In this document: one piece after another, positions 34,908-47,566 of the stretch
Position numbering within the stretch: the stretch's first letter is position 1
Layout of the letters: each line of letters starts with the position of its first letter
Notes under the pieces: generated by a model
Seen by the model: the letters and a program-made list of their open reading frames with translations, nothing else
What the model was told of the DNA's origin: nothing
The model's database searches: none
NCBI GenBank assembly: GCA_010093605.1
Contig: MU004197.1
Span: forward strand, 496,001 to 560,000
Length of the DNA: 64,000 nucleotides
DNA from: Lophium mytilinum
Lineage: Eukaryota
Direction of reading: 5' to 3'
Made by a program: the position numbers and the translations under genes

Positions 34908-36870
34908 ACGCTTCACACAAATTTCCTGAGTTCATATCACGGTCTCGGTGCACGGAGATAGAGGGCTTAGGGATCATGCATGGGTAGTGTGTTTTTGCGA
35001 TGTGGTGGTGTTTTATCCATCGGCTGCTCATTCTTTCTTCAAGGTCGATGGGCGGCGCGAGAGACATGGCTTGCATTACGAATCAGGATCCACAGAGATT
35101 GTTCTGTGTCCTGGTGTCACTATTGCCCCCGTCCACATCTACAGTTTCTTTCCTTAATTCCTTTTTTGGTCCCGGCATAGTAATTCGACTCTTCGAGGCT
35201 TGACTCTTTCCCCGAACCCTCACCCAATCACACACTACCGTTAAGAGCTTGCTTACGAGGCTAGCTCCACCCACCAACGCACTCCACCGACCATCCGGTT
35301 ACGTTTCACACTCGATACGACACTTCATACCTACGCAGCACCCTACTTACCGTCACTTTCCTTGGCTTTTCCTGGCTGGATTATGCGCGACTCTGCTTGT
35401 TGCTTCATTGGGGTCGGCGCTACGTTTCTTCATTTGCTTTTGTTGGTGGATGGCTTATGCGTTTATGCGATATGTGCTTGGAAAGGATACGGACGAGCGA
35501 GCGACGGAGGCGGAGAAGCAAATATATGGTAGCTCGATTCTGTAGACCAAGACTTTGATTCCCGAGCCTCGTGTGCAATTTCTCCATGCTAACAGAATCA
35601 CTTGCTTACGAGGCAGTAGAGTGTACTGGGTTGTGACGGATCATTGGTTGGTAGTTGTTGGGAGAGAGAGGTGGACCGCGCTGACGACGTCCGGGGTAGA
35701 ACGCTGTGAGACCATTGTGATCGGAGACAGTTGGGAAAAGTGCCGATTATGCCGCGTAGATTAGTATTGCAGCTGCTTGAGTCAAGTCAGTCCGGTCGGG
35801 AAGTCTTTCCGGGGTACCTGAGCGAGAAATAAATGATACTTGATACTATTCTAGTCGCTCATGAAGAAGCTCTGGAATCTCGAGCTTCGAAACTAATACA
35901 CGTCCCTAGGTTCTACTGGACATATGTAAATCATGCTCCTCGTATATCGGCCATTTTTTATCGCCGTGCCGTGGGGAAATGGTGGCATCCGGACTCGCTG
36001 ACTGTGCCCATGTCCGTCCGGATGTAGAGGAGCAGTATTAGATATCATGAGGATAGAAACCCAGAAGAGGGCTCCGCCGAACACATTCTCCTTGAACCAT
36101 CTAGAACTTAATTCATTCTTCGAATCCCAGCATCCAGCCACCTCGTGCAAATCTCACTTCCCTTGTTCTCGACCTGCATACACACCTGCACGGACGCACA
36201 CCGAAAACGAAAAGTGTGGCTGAAAAAGTCCCCTCTATTTGCGCCACAATTACTGGGATTACAATTGCATCATCAGGCTCGACTGATCATGGCCTTTAAC
36301 CAATTTTTCTACATTGACTCAGACTCGCACTACGACTTCGACCGAAGCCCCACCATACCTTCTACGCCCTCTACGCCCTCAATACCGCCCGCCAATTCCG
36401 ACCAACACCTCTCCCCTGAAGCAGCCTCCCTCTTCCGCAAATCCTTCACGTTCTCCCCGCGCAACTTCTCTGTAGGCTCCGAAACCGGCCCGCTACCAAT
36501 ATTCGACTACGCCTACGGCGATTACCCTAAGAAGGAATTTGTGACTCCTAAGGAATATCTGCTAAGCCCTCGGACGGCATCAGGGGAATTTAGTCCCAGA
36601 ACTGGGCAAGAGGAGTATAACAGTCCCACAACTGCATCGTCAGAATACAGCCCGCAAACCACCTCCTCCGACTACGAATTCGAGTACGAAGAACCCTTCG
36701 AATACGACGAGATAGACTCCGGAATCGAGAGCTCTACACCCCCGCTAGAAACCTATACCGCGCCCGCCGACCACGCAAATCCGCTCACGCAGTGTCCGCT
36801 GTCCTCGCGCCAGGCCCCAAACCAAAATCATCCTCCCCGATCCTCGTCTCCGTTCTCAACCGCAGTCAAC

Positions 36871-38463
36871 ATGACTTCCGCTCGGGACATCCAGCCTCGC
36901 GCCGGCGACCTCGCCCGCACAGTCTCCAACTCGCTCTCGCTGAGCACGAGCCCTGAGTTCAACCGGTTCCACTCGCCCATCGAAGCGCGGCAGGGCAGCT
37001 ACTCGAGCTACACCGGCGGGACCATCGGGCTCGCAGCTAAACAGCTGAAGCCCTTCGACACCAAAGACATCAAGGTGCTCCTCCTCGAAAACGTGAACAC
37101 AACCGGCGTCGACATTCTACAGGGGCAGGGCTACCAAGTCGAAGCGCTGAAGTCGAGTTTACCAGAAGACGAGCTGGTCGCGAAGATTAGGGATGTGCAC
37201 GTCATCGGCATCCGCTCGAAGACGAAGCTGACGGAGCGCGTGCTAGCGCAGGCGAAGCATTTGATCGTGATCGGGTGCTTTTGTATTGGCACGAATCAAG
37301 TGGATTTGCAGTATGCGGCGAGGCAGGGGATTGCGGTGTTTAACTCGCCGTTTAGCAATTCGAGGAGTGTAGCGGAGCTGGTTATTGGGGAGATTATTGC
37401 GTTGGCGAGGCAGCTGGGCGATCGGTCTAACGAACTACACAACGGGACGTGGAATAAGGTCAGCAAAGGCTGCTGGGAGATCCGAGGCAAGACGGTGGGG
37501 ATTGTGGGGTATGGGCACATCGGGAGTCAGTTGTCTGTGCTGGCGGAGTCTATGGGCATGTCGGTCATCTACTATGATGTGCTGAACCTCATGGCGCTGG
37601 GGACGGCAAGGCAGGTGGGGAGTTTGGAGGAACTGCTTGCGGGGGCTGATTTTGTGAGTTTGCATGTGCCGGAGCTGCCGGAGACGACGAATTTGATCGG
37701 GGCGAAGGAGTTTGCGCAGATGCGAAATGGAAGCTATTTGCTCAACAATGCCAGAGGCAGCGTGGTGGATATCCCGGCGCTGATTGAGGCCATGAAGAGT
37801 GGGAAAATTGCGGGCGCGGCGTTGGATGTCTACCCGAATGAGCCAGCTGGGAACGGCGACTACTTCACCAACGACCTCAATCCGTGGATAGAAGAGCTCC
37901 GGAAGCTCAAGAATTTGATCTTGACACCGCACATTGGCGGTAGCACGGAAGAGGCACAAAGCGCGATTGGAGTTGAGGTCAGTCAGGCGCTGGTAAGATA
38001 TGTCAACGAGGGCACGACGCTTGGGGCTGTCAATATGCCAGAGGTCAATTTACGCTCCCTGACGCTGGATGAGCCAAACCATGTCAGAGTCATCTACATA
38101 CATAAGAACGTGCCTGGTGTGCTTGGGCGAGGTAAGACTCATTCCCCTCCATTCCGATCCGATGCTGATGGCACAGTCAATGCGATTCTCGGTGACCACA
38201 ACGTCGACAAGCAGATGACTGATAACAAAGGCGAGGTGAGTCTTCCCACTCCCCTATTCACTTCTATTCGAAGGCGTCGACGCTAATGACTGGGATAGGT
38301 GGCCTACCTCATGGCCGACATCAGCGACGTCAAAGAAAGCGAAATCCGGGATCTCTATCAGAGTCTCGAGAATCTGTCTTGTAAGCTGAATTCATCTTCA
38401 GCGAAGACGCAGCAAATGCTAATGGGTTCAACAGCTCGTGTACGGACAAGAGTGCTCTACTAG
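36871..38463 (+). CDS. SER3: D-3-phosphoglycerate dehydrogenase (upstream in-frame ATG at 36289 possible)
   Basis: GCFCIGTNQVDL, NSPFSNSRSVAELV, GIVGYGHIG and LTPHIGGSTEEAQ. The C-terminal ACT domain is split by three introns and ends RTRVLY. Confidence 0.96.
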
Positions 38464-39452
38464 ATGCGCTATCAAAAGTGTTTGGATCCGTGCTGCATTG
38501 GTTCGCGCTAGTCTTTCAACCGAGACCAAAATAGAATCTTCTTCTGGGAGGTAGAAAAAATGAGGTGCTCAACGCACGGGGTGGTTAGCATTCAACATGG
38601 CGTTTTGCCGGCGGAGTCGGTATCCACACTGCATTTATTCTGGCGGAGAAAAGGTAGATCGCAACTCTTGCTCTTTAGCTTTGGATGGGAGAATGATGGA
38701 TGGTGGAGGTAATGAAAACGAATTCCTATCAGTGCTAGAACACCTCAGTAGTGCCTTTCCGCAATGCAGCGGCCAAGTGGCGGCAAAACTCTGCTCGCGA
38801 CCCATGGGCTGTCCCAATCCAGACCCAAAATAGTGAATGAAAGCGGTGAACAGGCGGTGGCTGGGATCGGCCTGTGAGTGGCTGGAGGGCGTTTCAGATG
38901 GCCGGGGACAGCTCAGATCTCAGCGCGCTCCGTTCGCCTGGAATGTGGAGGTAAACTCTTAGGCGAAAGATCGGAACACTGCGTCTGCGTGTTTGGAACG
39001 CGAAGGAGCCATGGTTGAGGTTGTGTTTATAGATGTTTGTATAGATGTATGATGCAGGCTGCTCTGAGCTGCCAGGTACCACATGCAGTGCCTTTGCCTG
39101 GGTGCATGCCGTGACTCGATGCGTTCGTTCTGCTGTTCACATCAGGGGCGGTGTAGAATCTCTGACCCCGGTCGCGGCACCTCTTCACGCCAGCACCCAA
39201 CTTTATTGCCAAAGACCCTGACGGCCTCAACAACACTGCACTTTCATGACCAGCGCCCTCGGGGACATTGACGATTAATGCGAATGCCTTCTGTTCTGAT
39301 CCCTCGCATCCTCGCCCTGTAGCGCCCGTGCCGTGCCTCTTTCAGCCCTTTCTTTCTTTCGCGACGTCTGTTCCTCGACGGACCTCCCGCCGGCCGTCTA
39401 GCGTTCACCACCACCATCCCACATCCTCAATATCCTCCATAACGCCGCCAAT

Positions 39453-42400
39453 ATGGCTCACATCTACGACGTCGGCACGCGGGCGTGGCAGCCGGACGTC
39501 ACCGACGGCTGGGTGGCCTCGGAGGTCGAGGACAAGATTGTCGAGGGCGACAAGGTCAAGCTGATCTTTCGCCTGGACAGCGGTGAGGTATGTCTCTACT
39601 CTCTTACTCCTTTAGTATACACGTTTGGATTATGCTAATGGGAGTCTACGACGGCAGGCCAAAACCGTGACGACCACCCTCAAGGCCATCCAAGATGGCT
39701 CCGATCCCGCCCTACCCCCCCTCATGAACCCGGCCATGCTGGAGGCCAGCGACGACTTGACGAACCTTTCACATTTGAACGAACCCGCTGGTAGGTTCTG
39801 AGCCACATCCCGGCATCAGATTTGAGGATACTGACCTTGGGAACAGTCTTGCAGGCTATCAAGCTGCGGTACTCGCAGAAAGAAATTTACACATACAGCG
39901 GTATCGTGCTGATCGCAACGAACCCCTTCGCCCGCGTGGAGTCGCTATATGTCCCTGGTATGGTGCAGGTGTATGCCGGCAAGCAGAGGAGTTATGGTGC
40001 CCCGCATCTTTTCGCCATTGCGGAGGAGGCATTCGCGTGAGTATACCAATTTCTGATTGTCTTCACATTCCCAACTCAAGGCCAGGATGATGCTAATTTG
40101 GACGCAGCGACATGCTCCGAGACAACCGAAATCAGACCATCGTCGTATCTGGCGAGTCCGGAGCTGGAAAGACGGTCAGCGCCAAATACATTATGCGATA
40201 CTTTGCAACGCGAGAAGACCCGGACAAGCCCAGCAAGCGGGTCAAAGGCCGGGCAGACACGATGAGCGAGACTGAGGAGCAGATTTTGGCTACGAACCCC
40301 ATCATGGAAGCTTTTGGTAATGCGAAGACGACGCGAAACGACAACTCCTCCCGTTTCGGTAAATATATTGAGATCATGTTCGACAAGAAGACGGACATCA
40401 TTGGCGCTAAGATAAGAACGTATCTGCTGGAGCGGTCCAGGCTCGTTTTCCAGCCGCTGAAAGAGCGGAATTACCACATTTTTTATCAGATGGTTGCGGG
40501 TGCTACGCCTGAGGAGCGGAAGGAGTGGAGTATGAGGCCGGTTGAGGAGTTTGAGTATCTCAACCAAGGGAGCGCGCCGATCATTGATGGAGTGGACGAC
40601 AAAGCCGAGTTCGATGCATTGAGGAGTTCGTTGGCGACGATCGGTGTGGGCCCGGATACTCAATCACAGATTTTCCGGTTACTCGCCGCGCTTATGCATC
40701 TTGGAAATGTCAAGATTTCTGCCTCGAGAACCGAATCATCTCTTTCGCCAGAGGAGCCAGCCCTCGTCACGGCTTGTGGACTTCTCGGAATTGATCCGAA
40801 CAGCTTTGCCAAATGGACTGTTAAAAAGCAGCTCATCACTAGAGGCGAGAAAATCGTGTCAAATCTCACCCAACAACAGGCCATAGTTGTTAGGGACTCC
40901 GTGGCGAAGTTTATTTACTCGAGTTTGTTTGACTGGCTCGTGGACATCACCAACCAAAGTTTGGCTACGGAAGAGGTGCTCAGCCACGCCAACTCTTTCA
41001 TTGGTGTTCTGGATATCTACGGATTCGAGCATTTTGCGAAGAACTCCTTTGAGCAATTTTGCATCAACTACGCCAACGAAAAGCTGCAGCAAGAATTCAA
41101 CGCCCATGTTTTCAAGCTTGAACAAGAAGAATACCTCCGCGAGCAGATTGACTGGACTTTCATCGATTTCTCGGACAACCAGCCTTGTATCGATCTTATT
41201 GAAGGGAAGATGGGTGTTCTGTCGCTGCTCGACGAAGAGTCTCGGTTGCCCATGGGCTCGGACGAGCAATTTGTGACGAAGCTACATCATAATTTCGCTG
41301 CGGACAAGCAGAAGTTTTACAAAAAGCCAAGATTCGGGAAATCCGCTTTTACTATCTGCCATTACGCCATCGACGTTACATACGAGTCTGATGGATTCAT
41401 AGAAAAGAACAGGGATACCGTGCCAGACGAGCATATGGAGGTTCTCCGGTCTTCGAACAACAAGTTCCTCGGGAAGGTCCTGGAGGTTGCGGCGATGATT
41501 CGGGAGAAAGAATCGGCTGCAACTGCTTCCACGAAACCGGGCGCGGCCATGTCTGCCGGGCGCAGGATCGCCGTCAACAGGAAACCGACGCTTGGTGGCA
41601 TCTTCAAGTCGTCTTTGATCGAGCTTATGGGCACCATCAACTCCACCGATGTCCACTATATCCGTTGTATCAAGCCCAACGAAGCGAAAGCGGCCTGGAA
41701 ATTCGAAGGGCCCATGGTTCTCAGCCAGCTCCGCGCTTGTGGTGTCCTCGAAACTGTTAGGATTAGTTGTGCGGGTTACCCGACTCGATGGACATACGAG
41801 GAATTCGCGCTGCGCTACTACATGCTCGTCCCGTCAGCTGGCTGGACTCCGGAGATCCGGCAGATGGCCAACCAGATTCTGAAGAGAGCACTTGGTGCTG
41901 GCAAAGGTGATGGAACAGACAAGTACCAGATGGGTTTGACTAAGATTTTCTTCCGCGCTGGTATGCTGGCTTTCTTGGAAAATCTGCGAACTGCACGTCT
42001 CAATGGGGCGGCGATTATGATCCAGAAGAATTTGCGGTGCAAGTACTACCGCCGCAAGTATTTGGAGGCCAGGAGCGGGATCATTGCGTTCCAGTCACTC
42101 GTCAGAGGACATCTTGCGAGGGAGCGTGCGGAAGACGCTCGGCAAGTCAAGGCCGCCACAACCATCCAACGTGTCTGGCGCGGACAGAAGGACAGGAGGC
42201 ATTTCCTATATGTCCGCAAAAGCATCATTCTATTCCAGGCTACTGCGAAGGGTTACCTGGAGCGCAAGAACATCTTGGACACCAGGCTCGGCGCGGCTGC
42301 AAGGATGATCCAGAGGAACTGGCGGCAAACAAGACAGCTCAAGTCCTGGAGAAACTACAGGAGGAAGATCGTTATCATCCAGAGCTTGTGGCGCGGACGG

Positions 42401-44703
42401 AAGGCCCGCCACGCGTACAAGGGTCTGCGCGAGGAGGCCCGCGATCTCAAGCAGATCTCGTACAAGCTGGAGAACAAGGTCGTCGAGCTTACGCAGTCGC
42501 TGGGTACGATGAAGCGCGAAAACAAGACTCTGCAGGGCCAGGTCGAGAACTACGAGAGCCAGCTCAAGTCGTGGAAGACGAGGAATACCGCTCTCGAGGC
42601 GCGCAACAAGGAGCTCCAGACCGAGGCCAACAAGGCTGGTATCACGGCTGCGCAGCTCTCGCAGATGGAAGACGAGTTCAAGGTTCTGCGACACAACTAC
42701 GACGAGAGCACGGCCAATATGCGCAGGTTGCAGGAAGAGGAGAAGCAGCTGCGTGACTCGCTCAAGAAGACGACGGATGAGTTGGAGCAGTCGAAGAGGC
42801 GGAGCATGAACTTTGAGTCTGAGAAGTCGTCGCTCAAGCAGCAGTTAGTGGATCTGCAAGACCAATTTGAGCTGCTCAAGCGTACTGGACCGCTCAATGG
42901 CGAGATGCCGAATGGTATGGGGCATACAACGCTGCCCGGCAGCAACCTCATCAACCTTGTCTCGTCGAAGAAGCCGAAGAGGCGGAGTGCGGGTCCCGAC
43001 CGCGCGGATCTCGATCGCTTCAGTGCTACGTACAGCCCAAGGCCGGTTTCCATGGCTGTTGGATCGGGGGTGCATAGGCAGAACCTCTCTGGCTCTACAT
43101 TTGCCCCGATGGACAATGTGGAGTTGGAGCTTGAGAGTATCTTGGCCGATGAGGAGAATCTGAACGATGAGGTCACGCTTGGTCTCATCAGGAACTTGAA
43201 GATCCCGTCGCCGACTACGACACCGCCGCCAACGGACAAGGAGGTGCTATTCCCGGCATACCTCATCAATCTCGTGACTTCAGAGATGTGGAACAACGGC
43301 TTCGTTAAGGAGTCGGAACGCTTCCTCGCGAATGTCATGCAATCGATTCAGCAGGAAGTCATGCAGCACGATGGCGACGAAGCGATCAACCCGGGCGCGT
43401 TCTGGCTGTCTAACGTCCACGAGATGCTCTCCTTTGTCTTCCTGGCCGAGGACTGGTACGAGCAGCAGAAGACGGACAACTACGAGTACGACCGCCTACT
43501 GGAGATTGTCAAGCACGATCTTGAGAGTCTCGAGTTCAACATCTACCATACCTGGATGAAGGTGCTCAAGAAGAAGCTCCAGAAGATGATTGTCCCCGCC
43601 ATTATCGAGTCGCAGTCTCTGCCCGGATTTGTTACTAACGAGAGCAACCGCTTCCTCGGGAAGTTGCTGCAGAGCAACAACACACCTGCGTTCAGCATGG
43701 ATAACCTACTCAGCCTACTGAATAATGTGTATAGGGCCATGAAGGCATACTACCTCGAAGATTCGATCATCACGCAAACCGTTACGGAGCTGCTGAGATT
43801 GGTTGGTGTTACAGCGTTCAACGACCTGCTCATGCGGAGAAACTTCCTCAGCTGGAAGCGCGGTCTCCAGATCAACTACAACATCACGCGGATCGAGGAG
43901 TGGTGTAAGAGCCACGACATGCCCGAAGGAACGCTACAATTGGAGCATCTAATGGTTTGTTATCTTCATCTCTACCCTATACCCAGATCGAAATTGCTAA
44001 CTCGTTGAAATTACAGCAAGCAACCAAGCTCCTCCAACTCAAGAAAGCCACCCTCAACGACATCGAAATCATCCAAGACATCTGCTGGATGCTCTCCCCC
44101 AACCAGATCCAGAAACTGCTCAACCAGTACCTCGTCGCCGACTACGAGCAGCCCATCAACGGCGAAATCATGAAGGCCGTCGCGTCGCGCGTCACGGAGA
44201 AGAGCGACGTGCTCCTCCTCACCGCCGTCGACATGGAGGATTCGGGTCCCTACGAGATCGCGGAACCGCGCGCGATTACGGCGCTAGAAACGTACACGCC
44301 TAGCTGTGAGTTGTCCGCTTTCAGTAACATTAACCGCGAGGTCAAGAGGCGGAATGGGGATCGGTGGGTGTGGAACTATTGGTGGTTGAAGCGGTTGAGA
44401 CGGTTTTATAGTCTGCAGGGTATAGGTATCGGCAACCACCTTCATCACCAGCGATTTGAGTTTGACTATGGGGATGACGAGAGGGACTATTTTTACGCAA
44501 TGGAGGCTGACCGTTTTGTGTGTACAGGGCTGCAAACACCGAGGTTGAAGAGACTGGCGGAGATTGTGAGTGCGCAGGCGATTGCGCAGCAGGAGAAGCT
44601 GGAGTTTGATGGGGATGAGCCGAATGGGATTGAGAATGGGGTTGGGGAGGCGAATGGGCATGGGTTGCAGGGCTTGGCGATCCAGGAGGTTGAGGGGGTG
44701 TGA
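39453..44703 (+). CDS. MYO2: Class V myosin heavy chain
   Basis: P-loop GESGAGKT, NDNSSRFGK and DIYGFE, followed by IQ repeats, a coiled coil and a DIL cargo domain. GT-AG introns. Confidence 0.97.
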
Positions 44704-45545
44704 GGGTGAGTGTTGCAACGGGGTGGGCAGAGTAGAAGAGAATGCGCGGAGGACTATGTGCCGGGAAGATTGGGTCTTGCTTCGCCAAATGATTTGTTTA
44801 CATTAGATTCACGAATGGGGCGGACTATAGGTTTTTTACGTTCTGCTTCGAGCGGGCGCTGCTGCTGCTATGGGCTGCAGCCGCGGCGCTTGGCTTGCTT
44901 TATGCCCCTGGGAATATGAGGTTTCTGGGGGATTGGGTATTGTAGCATCTTTTGCGTAATGGTTATTTTTTTGGACGGCTCTGATGGTTGAGTTAATGAT
45001 GGGTGTGGGGAGGATGTGTTTGATAGGGAATGGAAATCTCATACTCATCACGTGACCGCAAAGCAATGATTTGGCATACTGATAGTCTGCCTCTTCTACG
45101 GATTGAAAATCCGCCCTACAAAGATATCTAAGATGATTTCCTGCATACGATTCCATAGCGATTGTGAGTGTGAACACGTGCCAAGGCTCGACGTTCGTGA
45201 GTTCCGAGTTTGGACCGGCTTCAGCCTGACTTGCAACTATCGCGAGCTGATCACCACTATCGTGACTACTATCTCACTTCCCATGTCTGAATGATAAGAT
45301 GATTTCTCGGACTCGGTGACCCCCGCTTGGAATGCGTCGTCATCACGCGTCTTGGTACAGCACATTCATCGTCGTGTGTGCGTGGAGCTAAGCCACGACG
45401 CCACGACGAGAGGTCAGCAGCGATCGCGCAGAAGCATTGACTTTGATAGCTTCGACAGCATCAACCCCGTCGACCTCACTTCCCATACTAGAGGAGTGCT
45501 TTCTTTTCAAAGGTCCAGGCGTTAGTTCCTGCCTCGTCTCAAATC

Positions 45546-47414
45546 ATGGCTTCTGCGTCCAAGTCTGTTTCTCTTCTCACCTGTCCCATGTGTCAATATT
45601 CCGTGCTTCCGTCGGATAGCTATGTCCTGGAACTGCATTTCGAGCAAGAACATACGCCGGATTCGCCGTTCAGGATCCAAGAAGGGGATGATGAAGATGT
45701 GACGGGTGAGAGAAGCCTTCCGCCACTACCGCCGCGGCCTCCTCCCAAACCCTCGCGCTCTCCTCTCCACGAGCCATCGATGGCGGAAGGCAGCACGAAC
45801 GACAACGACACTTCCTCGGATGATGACGATGATGACAACACGGTGCTCTGCCCCGAGTCCTCCTGCGGCGAGACGGTCCTCCTCGCCGAGCTGAACGAGC
45901 ACCTCGACTTGCACCAAGCAGAACGGCTGACACTCGATGCGGACGCCGACGACCATCACCATTCACAGCATCCACATTCACAGTCACATTCACATTCGCC
46001 ATCAACAACTTCATCATCCACCATGCAGACATTAACCGAAGAACCCGCACCCTCATTCCTAGAGCAGAATTTCAACACCGCGGCTGTCCCGGATGCTCTC
46101 CGCCATAGCGGCGGCAAGGCAGCTGCTGGCGGCGGGCAGCAGAAGCCGAAGGGTGCGAAGATTAAGCGGAAGAGGGGGAATTCGTCGGCGAGTGAGAAGA
46201 GTACGCTTAGCCGGAGTATCTTGAGCTTTAACCCGTTTTCGTTGAAGAATTTGACAAAGGAGCGGAGGGGACCGCCGGGTGGGGTGAGGTTGGGGGTATG
46301 TCTTCCCTACTTTGATCTTCATGGTTCATTGTTCATCATCTGTCTATACTATCACGTCGTCATCTCTTGAGGTGGCTTTGCTAATTGTTCATCAGAAAGC
46401 CGAATTGGGCCCTTTCGCCTGGGAGGAAAAGATGCCGAAATGGCTTCACCGCCAACTCGAACAAGGCCCCAGGATCTCTTTGGTTAACCGCATCGGCCGT
46501 GATGGCCGTCTCGTCCGTCAAGAAGAAGTCCAGAATGAAACTCCAGGCCTCATTCCTATCCTTGCTCAGCTATCCGCGGTCGACAGGACAGTTCAAGCCG
46601 CTTACTACTGTCACCCTGCCATTCTACACATCGGCAAGACGCCTAATGAGGGTGGCTTCTGCGGGTACCGTAATATCCAAATGCTGGTCTCGTATATCCA
46701 GGGCGCACGAGCTCAGGGTTATGACGAGTTCACCGGACGCACGCCTGGTATCCTCAAGTTGCAGGATTTGATCGAGCTGGCGTGGGATAAGGGTATCAAT
46801 GATATCGGCAGAGCGCAGACGGGTGGCATCAGGGATACTAGGAAGTATATTGGCACTCCAGAGGTATGTGCTCGATCCGTCTCCTCATGATCGCGACTGA
46901 CTTCGTTGTTCCTCAAGGCACAAGCACTCCTCCTCAGTTCCCAAATCGACTGCGCCGTCGACGTCTTCAGCGATTCCCCCGATGGCCGTCTCATGGCTCA
47001 CGAGCAGCTCTTCAACGCCGTGGAGAAGTACTTCCAGCAAGCCGCCATTCCGGACGACCGCTCCAATGTTTTCAAGACGCTGCTTCCGCCTATCTATTTG
47101 CAGCAGCCGGGGCACTCACTGACGATCGTGGGCTTCGAGAGACGCAAAGACGGATCGTGTAATCTTATTATCTTCGATCCGATGTTCCATACTAGCCCGA
47201 GTATGCATAGGTTAAAGGGCCGGAGGAATATCAGGACGCCAAGGCCAGAGGTGTTACACGCGTATCGTCGAGGGGCGAGGCAGTTAAAGAAGCATGCAGC
47301 TTTCGAGATTCTGATGTGAGTCCATCAGCTGTTTCGCATTCTTTCGGTAGCTAATCTTGGTTTCTCTCTAGGTTGACTGCGCATCCACCATTGTTCCCGG
47401 CTTGGGATGTATGA
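45546..47414 (+). CDS. Peptidase C78 / ZUP1(ZUFSP)-Mug105-like deubiquitinase with N-terminal zinc fingers (short isoform)
   Basis: CPMC..HFEQEH and CPESSC..HLDLH fingers; catalytic GGFCGYRNIQM, GHSLTIVG and IFDP. Confidence 0.88.
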
Positions 47415-47566
47415 GATGCTCTGTCCCAAAGCCTTCTCAGCCTTTGCACTTTCAGCGATCTTAGACTATATGATACCCAGATCATACCATTTATCAACGC
47501 ATACATGCGCTCGACAACAATCAGATCTCTTTCTTCACCATTTGCTAAACGTTTTGTGAACGACAG

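Noticed and set aside
35249..35545. 98-aa hydrophobic ORF downstream of NAP1
   Set aside because: No ATG before the hydrophobic segment and no clear splice link to NAP1; cannot be supported.
40076..44788. Many antisense ORFs over myosin, and similarly over NAP1 and SER3
   Set aside because: Expected shadow ORFs of GC3-rich coding sequence.
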